Source of the DNA: a virus
Lineage: Duplodnaviria > Heunggongvirae > Uroviricota > Caudoviricetes
Reading direction: 5' to 3' (one strand)
DNA: 38,355 nt
Virus record (IMG/VR): IMGVR_UViG_3300031999_007842
Coordinates: 117,708-156,062 of that record
This document shows, in pieces, positions 33,409-38,355 of this stretch. The translations under genes and the position numbers were made by a program. Numbering within the stretch: the stretch's first letter is position 1; each line of letters begins with the position of its first letter. The notes below the pieces were generated by a model. The model did not search any database and was not told the origin of the DNA. It saw only the letters and a program-made list of their open reading frames with translations.

Positions 33409-33929
33409 GTAGAATCTGGTTCGATGATGGGCATGCCGATGTCTATACCAAGGCTTATCCTCTCATGAAAGCATATAAGCAGATAGGAATTGTTGCTGTA
33501 ATTACTGGGCAGGTTGGACAAAAGATGTATTGGGCAGGTGTACCCCCAAATGAAGAAGAGAGATGGATAGATCTCATGCCTATAGAGCATCTTCAAGAGT
33601 TGGTTACTAATGGTTGGAAGATAGCCAGTCATTCAGTAACTCATAGAGATCTCGATATGTTAACATTAGAGGAAGTCGAGAAAGAAATCCTAGATTCCAA
33701 GAAATGGATCCAAGACAAATTGAAAGTTGAACCTCTAGCTTTTGCTCCACCTAGACATAGAATAACTCCTGAGCAAGAGCAATTAGTTCTCAAGCATTAT
33801 CCCTATTGTAGAACCTGGCCCGGACAAGGAGAGTTTGTCTTCCATACTTTCACATACTTCGGAGAGACAACTAATGAACTAGAGAAGACTCTGCAACATC
33901 TCAAGATGGAGGGAATCAAATGCATCTGA
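33405..33929 (+). CDS. Polysaccharide deacetylase (NodB/CE4 family)
   Basis: IWFDDG, IASHSVTH, FAPP; ATGA-coupled start at 33405. Confidence 0.9.
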   Translation: MSRIWFDDGHADVYTKAYPLMKAYKQIGIVAVITGQVGQKMYWAGVPPNEEERWIDLMPIEHLQELVTNGWKIASHSVTHRDLDMLTLEEVEKEILDSKKWIQDKLKVEPLAFAPPRHRITPEQEQLVLKHYPYCRTWPGQGEFVFHTFTYFGETTNELEKTLQHLKMEGIKCI

Positions 33930-34846
33930 TATGGCTAGGAACACAGAGAGAAATCTATCCTATGAAGTTCTTGAGGCACTCTCTGGAGAAAATAGTACCT
34001 ATGTCTTGCTATGGAGAACCGTGTTTAAGGTCAGGCCAACGATGCGAGGAATTCAAAGAGGATTATGATCTTAAGGGTATATTGGATACTAACAAGGAAG
34101 CTGATGCTCTTATTGTCGATTTCAATAAAGGAACTACTTGGAACTCCTGGAAATACAAAAGTACAGACATCCTTAAGGTGGCCATAATCTACGATGCAAT
34201 CCAAGACTTCGCATCGTTTATACCTAGGTTACAAGAGTGGGAATTTGACATAGTTTGTCTAACCCAAGGTTCGAAAGAACTTACAGCTCTATATGAAACT
34301 CTTTATCCAAGCAAGTATTACACTCTTCCATTTTCAATAGACCCTGAAGTGTTCAAGTGTGAGGAGAGGAAGAGAAGAGATCTAGATTGTGTTTTGATAG
34401 GGGCAATGACTTCAGATGGATATCCATTTAGAATGAAGATCTGTGAATATCTCAACAATGAGAAGAAAGGACCGGTAGTAGCTTCAGATAAAAAACTTGC
34501 CATAGAAACTTACGTTCATTATCTCAACCGAGCTAAGATATCTCCTTTCTGCAGTAGCATCTACAGGTATGTGCTTGCCAAGTACTGGGAAGGAATGTTC
34601 TGTAAGACTTTGGTGATGGCTGATCAGCCGATGGAAGTACCAGGAACATTGCTCAGGTCGGGATATAATTATGTGGAAATATCGGCCAAGAACTTCAAGA
34701 GAGAGATAGATTACTATCTTGAGCATGAAGATGAACGTAATACTATAATTGAGAATGCCTACTCTTATGTAGTCCAGTATCATACTTCAGACATCAGAGC
34801 TAGACAGTTTAAGGAGATAATAGAGGAAGGTCTTGATTCAAGATGA
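33920..34846 (+). CDS. Glycosyltransferase, CgeB/Glyco_trans_1_2-like
   Basis: LPFSIDPEVFK, KYWEGMFCKTL, ERNTIIENAY..V.QYHT...RA. Confidence 0.82.
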   Translation: MHLIWLGTQREIYPMKFLRHSLEKIVPMSCYGEPCLRSGQRCEEFKEDYDLKGILDTNKEADALIVDFNKGTTWNSWKYKSTDILKVAIIYDAIQDFASFIPRLQEWEFDIVCLTQGSKELTALYETLYPSKYYTLPFSIDPEVFKCEERKRRDLDCVLIGAMTSDGYPFRMKICEYLNNEKKGPVVASDKKLAIETYVHYLNRAKISPFCSSIYRYVLAKYWEGMFCKTLVMADQPMEVPGTLLRSGYNYVEISAKNFKREIDYYLEHEDERNTIIENAYSYVVQYHTSDIRARQFKEIIEEGLDSR

Positions 34847-35799
34847 AGATAATCTGGATGGGAACTTATAGAGAAGATTCGTGTACCCGCTACTTCAGAA
34901 GAGAACTGGCAAGACAAGCTGAAGTCAAGTTCTATGGAGAGAATCCGTCGGGAGGAGGATCTCCAGATCATGGATACAGTTCCTCGGAGAACCACCAAGA
35001 ATGGATCGAGGAATATGACTTGGCTGAGATAGAAAAGGTTGAGAAACCAGACTGGTTTGTAGTCTATTGCTATGTAAGCGAACACTTCTTCTGGCCAAAA
35101 ATCAAGGTCAATTCTCTCAAGACTCCTATAGCTCTAATCATAAATGATCCTATCCAAGACAAAGATAGAATCCTAGAAAAACTAAGAACCTGGCAAGTAG
35201 AGAAAGCTTTCCTCGTCTATTGGAGTGGAGGCCTCTGTGAAATGTTTGAACAGAACTATCGTGCCCAGTACTACCATCTTCCGTACTCAATAGACCAGAC
35301 TATCTTCAAGCCATTGCAGGAGCCTAAGATTGCAGATGTGTGTTTCGTAGGGGTTACAGATAGTTATTGGTACCCACTGAGAAGTAAGATACTCAAAGAC
35401 ATAGAGCAGGGAGTCACAGAAGCAGGAATGAAATTAAAAGTAAGGATAGAGATCGGTCACAAGTTCTCTACTTCAGATTATGTAAAGTTCATCAACTCAG
35501 GATATATCTTTCCTGTCGATGGAGGACGCTATGAATATCCTGTAGCAAAGTACTTCGAAGTGATGGCTTGCAAGACTCTAGCACTTGGCCCTGAACCTCT
35601 TGATGCAAACCTTCTCCACTTCAAAAGTGGAGAGAATCTTGGTGTCCTTTCCCATCAGAATATAAGAGCAGACATTCGACAATATCTCTTGGATCATAAA
35701 GAGAGGGAAAGGATAAGTGAAAATGGATATAAGACCGTACTAAAGTACCATACTAATGAGATAAGAGCAAGATTCTTCTTGGAGATGCTAAAGAAATGA
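34843..35799 (+). CDS. Glycosyltransferase, CgeB/Glyco_trans_1_2-like (paralog of the upstream gene)
   Basis: LPYSIDQTIFK, KYFEVMACKTL, ERERISENGYKTVLKYHT..IRA. Confidence 0.85.
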   Translation: MKIIWMGTYREDSCTRYFRRELARQAEVKFYGENPSGGGSPDHGYSSSENHQEWIEEYDLAEIEKVEKPDWFVVYCYVSEHFFWPKIKVNSLKTPIALIINDPIQDKDRILEKLRTWQVEKAFLVYWSGGLCEMFEQNYRAQYYHLPYSIDQTIFKPLQEPKIADVCFVGVTDSYWYPLRSKILKDIEQGVTEAGMKLKVRIEIGHKFSTSDYVKFINSGYIFPVDGGRYEYPVAKYFEVMACKTLALGPEPLDANLLHFKSGENLGVLSHQNIRADIRQYLLDHKERERISENGYKTVLKYHTNEIRARFFLEMLKK

Positions 35800-36620
35800 T
35801 CAAGACACGGACCATAATAAAAGGAAACTATGTAGACATAGATCCTTCAGCAGACATAGAATGTAATGAACTAGAGATTGGCGACTGTGTCACTATCCTC
35901 AAAGATGTAAAGATTAGAGGCAATAAGATAAAGATAGGAAACTATGTGAGATTCTGCCCTAATTCTGAGATAGGAGGCGGTGGAGGAGTTCCCAATGTTC
36001 ACTCGAATGTTACAATAGGAAATAATGTTTTGGTCTGTGCTTATGTCCTAATCAACAATGCAAGAGAAGTTGTCATTGGAGATGATGTAGGCCTAGGACA
36101 GTACGTACATATCTGGACTCATGGAGGATGGCTTAACACTCTAGATGGATACCCTTGCAAATTCGCTCCTGTCAAGATTGGCTCACATATCTGGATTCCT
36201 GAAAGAACTTCTGTTTTGGCAGGAGTTACAATCGGAGATCATGTGATAGTGGGAAACAATTCATTGGTTGATAAGGACATACCAGGAGGATCCTTTGCTG
36301 CTGGAATTCCAGTCAAAATCTTAAAAGAAGGAGTGTTCCCAAAGCCTCTCTCACAAGAAGAGAAAGATAAACTTCTGGAGAGACTAGTGAAGGAATGGGT
36401 GGATGAACATCCCTTCCATATCCCAATTGCTGCTTACCTAGGAGGAGGAAGAATTAGATTCAAAGCTCTAATCTTTGATACAAACAGCATGGAGATCTCT
36501 GGAGAACTCGATGAGGAAGGTGAGGACTTAAGAGATCATCTGAGACGGAATGGAATCAAGTTCTTTACTGGAAAGCCATTCAGGTCTATGGTATATAACG
36601 GAGAAAGGGGATCTAATTAG
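35796..36620 (+). CDS. Hexapeptide-repeat (LbH) sugar O/N-acyltransferase
   Basis: Repeated IGxxV/T hexapeptides, IWTHGGW, APVKIG..IWI, AAGIPVK; C-terminal extension. Confidence 0.9.
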   Translation: MIKTRTIIKGNYVDIDPSADIECNELEIGDCVTILKDVKIRGNKIKIGNYVRFCPNSEIGGGGGVPNVHSNVTIGNNVLVCAYVLINNAREVVIGDDVGLGQYVHIWTHGGWLNTLDGYPCKFAPVKIGSHIWIPERTSVLAGVTIGDHVIVGNNSLVDKDIPGGSFAAGIPVKILKEGVFPKPLSQEEKDKLLERLVKEWVDEHPFHIPIAAYLGGGRIRFKALIFDTNSMEISGELDEEGEDLRDHLRRNGIKFFTGKPFRSMVYNGERGSN

Positions 36621-36622
36621 GT

Positions 36623-37246
36623 ATGAAGACTGCACTAGTTTTAGCAGCACATGGTGATGATGAGACTTCCATGGCAGGGACAATTCGCAAACTGGTCCTG
36701 AATAAATGGAAGGTTCATTTGATAGTTGGAACATTGGAAATAGGGAATATAAATAGAACTAGTGAGGAACTTGAACAAGCACTCAAATTGCTAGGAGTTT
36801 CTGGTTATGATCTTCTGGATTTCAGAAGCTGGGTCAGGGATGATAGAACCCTCATCTCTGTACTGGATCAGAAGATAGAGAATATAAAGCCTGATGTAAT
36901 CTTTTCTCATTGGCTGGGAGATACTCACCTTGAGCACCAGCTACTTACTAAGGCTGCAATGACAGCCATAAGAAGAACTGGGATTAGTCTTTTGATGTAT
37001 AAGGAACCAAACACAGGTGGACCTTCATCTGAAGCATTTAGACCTGATATCCTTATTGACATCACTGAAACTTATGATCTGAAGATCAGGACGTTGGAAG
37101 CCTATAAGAGCCAGATATCTAGATACAAGTTCTGGAGGCAGGCAACTGAAGGAGCTGCCAAGTATTATGGTTCAATGATGATGGTTCCCTATGCAGAAGC
37201 ATTTCAAGTTGTTAAGTTCATCTGGAATGAGGATTGGAAAATATGA
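36623..37246 (+). CDS. PIG-L/LmbE family deacetylase
   Basis: LAAHGDDE, DTHLEH, DITETYDLK..L..YKSQ, YAEAF. Confidence 0.9.
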   Translation: MKTALVLAAHGDDETSMAGTIRKLVLNKWKVHLIVGTLEIGNINRTSEELEQALKLLGVSGYDLLDFRSWVRDDRTLISVLDQKIENIKPDVIFSHWLGDTHLEHQLLTKAAMTAIRRTGISLLMYKEPNTGGPSSEAFRPDILIDITETYDLKIRTLEAYKSQISRYKFWRQATEGAAKYYGSMMMVPYAEAFQVVKFIWNEDWKI

Positions 37247-38355
37247 AGATACCTCCTGTCAAACTCTACTTTCCTCCTGAAGATATCGTGAAGATTCAAG
37301 AGGATGTCAAGAAGATCCTAGAAAGTGGCATGCTAACTCTAGGAGAGTATACAAGAAGATTTGAAAAGAAGTTTGCTCAGTTGAGCCAAACGAAGTTTGC
37401 AGTAGCAACCAATAGTGGAACAAGTGCTTTAGAGATTATTTTGCGTTCTTTACCTATCCCCAAATCTGCTATAGTACTTGTTCCCACCAATACATTCACT
37501 GCAACTGCTGCTACTGTAATACTTAGTGGGCATAAACTCAAGTTAATAGATGTTAATCCAGTCTCGGCTTGCCTAAGTCTAAAGGCAATAGAGGCCAACT
37601 TGAATCCAAAGCCTGCTGCTATAATAGTAGTCCATATCGGTGGGCTAATGGCACCAGAGATCTTTGAAATAAGAGAGTATTGTACATCGCATGGTATTTA
37701 CCTAGTAGAAGATGCTGCTCATGCTCAAGGTTCTATAGCAAGAGGTAGTCCTGCAGGATCATTAGGGATTGCGGGTGCGTTCTCATTCTATCCCACGAAG
37801 GTTATAACTTCCGGAGAGGGAGGAATGGTGGTCACTAATGACAAACACATCTATGAGGAAGGCCTCAGACTTAGAGATCAAGGTAAGGACAGTTTCCTTT
37901 GTAATGATATAGTAAGGATCGGAAATAATTGGAGACTTCCAGAGATCAGTGCTGCTGTGGGGCTTCGCCAACTAAAGCGATTGGATAAGATCATACAGGA
38001 TAGAACTGAGGCGGCTTCTTACTTTGAAGGAGGCTTAGCTGAGATTCCATCTATTGAAACAAGAGATACACCAAATGACTTTAGGAACAATTACTACAAG
38101 TATATCTTGTATACCAAGAACAGAGATAGACTTTCTAAGTTCCTGAACGAGCAAGGAATTTCATGCTCAGGTGCAGTATATGATCCACCATTACATCTCC
38201 AGCCTATCTATAGGAACTTACTGGGGATGAAGGAAGGAGATCTTCCCAACGCGGAGATGGTCAGCAAGACCATGTTATGTCTCCCTATGTTCAAGATGAC
38301 TCAAGAAGAGAAAGAGTATATAGTAAATAAAATAAAAGAGTGTGAAATGAAGTGA
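37243..38355 (+). CDS. DegT/DnrJ/EryC1/StrS family PLP-dependent sugar aminotransferase
   Basis: NSGTSAL, EDAAHAQG, SFYPTKVITSGEGG (Schiff-base Lys), G.NWRLPEISAAVG; ATGA-coupled start at 37243. Confidence 0.95.
   Translation: MKIPPVKLYFPPEDIVKIQEDVKKILESGMLTLGEYTRRFEKKFAQLSQTKFAVATNSGTSALEIILRSLPIPKSAIVLVPTNTFTATAATVILSGHKLKLIDVNPVSACLSLKAIEANLNPKPAAIIVVHIGGLMAPEIFEIREYCTSHGIYLVEDAAHAQGSIARGSPAGSLGIAGAFSFYPTKVITSGEGGMVVTNDKHIYEEGLRLRDQGKDSFLCNDIVRIGNNWRLPEISAAVGLRQLKRLDKIIQDRTEAASYFEGGLAEIPSIETRDTPNDFRNNYYKYILYTKNRDRLSKFLNEQGISCSGAVYDPPLHLQPIYRNLLGMKEGDLPNAEMVSKTMLCLPMFKMTQEEKEYIVNKIKECEMK

Larger units (their letters stand above)
1..38355 (+). mobile_element. Segment of a probable archaeal virus or virus-like extrachromosomal element (replication, nucleotide metabolism and glycan modification region)
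   Basis: Genes are unidirectional and overlapping, with many small Zn-finger and orphan ORFs. PolB, RNR, recombinase, SSB, MazG-like, HNH and ClpP are clustered without ribosomal or core housekeeping genes. Topo IB, ERCC4 and RadA-like proteins are archaeal-type. No structural or integrase gene is visible, so virus status is inferred. Confidence 0.7.

Noticed and set aside
471-37971. About 45 minus-strand ORFs of 60-147 aa in the track
   Set aside because: All lie antisense to well-supported + strand genes, lack RBS or family motifs, and read as Ser/Leu/Phe-rich mirror translations of a purine-rich coding strand.
1-38355. CRISPR arrays, mini-arrays, tRNA or rRNA genes, diversity-generating retroelement repeats, attachment sites
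   Set aside because: The longest intergenic gaps are under about 90 nt. No spaced direct repeats, T-loop/cloverleaf signatures, reverse transcriptase or integrase were seen by eye. Dedicated scans were not run.
1-38355. Frequent AGAAGA/GAAGAA/AAGAAG runs and strong purine skew
   Set aside because: Explained by Lys/Glu/Arg-rich proteins all encoded on one strand; no periodic tandem nucleotide repeats (such as those of Borg elements) were found.

Overview
A 38.4 kb, almost gap-free block of about 70 genes, all on the + strand and mostly coupled by ATGA/TGATG/TAATG overlaps with GGAGG(TG)-type ribosome-binding sites. The minus-strand ORFs in the track look like shadows. Gene content and organisation fit the replication, nucleotide-metabolism and modification arm of a large archaeal virus (probably tailed dsDNA) or a virus-like extrachromosomal element. 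No capsid, portal, terminase or integrase gene is recognisable here, so the element type is inferred. Archaeal signals are a long eukaryote-type topoisomerase IB, a RadA/RadB-like recombinase, an ERCC4/XPF nuclease, PolB with a PIP-like tail, TATA-like promoters and about 16 small Zn-finger ORFs. Recognisable enzymes include a GNAT, RNase HI, Topo IB, a membrane-anchored PNGase-like transglutaminase, a DUF559/Vsr-like nuclease, a nucleoside 2-deoxyribosyltransferase-like protein, ClpP, a metallophosphoesterase, an HNH nuclease, an MCM-like AAA+ ATPase, a sugar nucleotidyltransferase, an HD hydrolase, a DUF1599-like protein, a MazG-like protein, class II ribonucleotide reductase (NrdJ), a DHH nuclease, an SSB-like protein, a TYW3-like protein, a radical SAM enzyme, PolB and an apparently catalytically dead primase-fold protein. 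The last 10 kb is a glycan-building cluster with 6 glycosyltransferase-like genes, a methyltransferase, 2 deacetylases, an acyltransferase and an amino-sugar aminotransferase. The strongest leads are a possible glycan 'erase-and-rewrite' system (PNGase-like enzyme plus the GT cluster), three tandem paralogs whose conserved C-terminal motif also encodes the RBS and start codon of the next gene, the dead primase fold beside PolB, a minimal MCM-like ATPase, and a shared TATA-CCAGGCAA promoter motif. No tRNA, rRNA, CRISPR array or intein was seen. All family assignments come from motifs recognised by eye; no database search was run.
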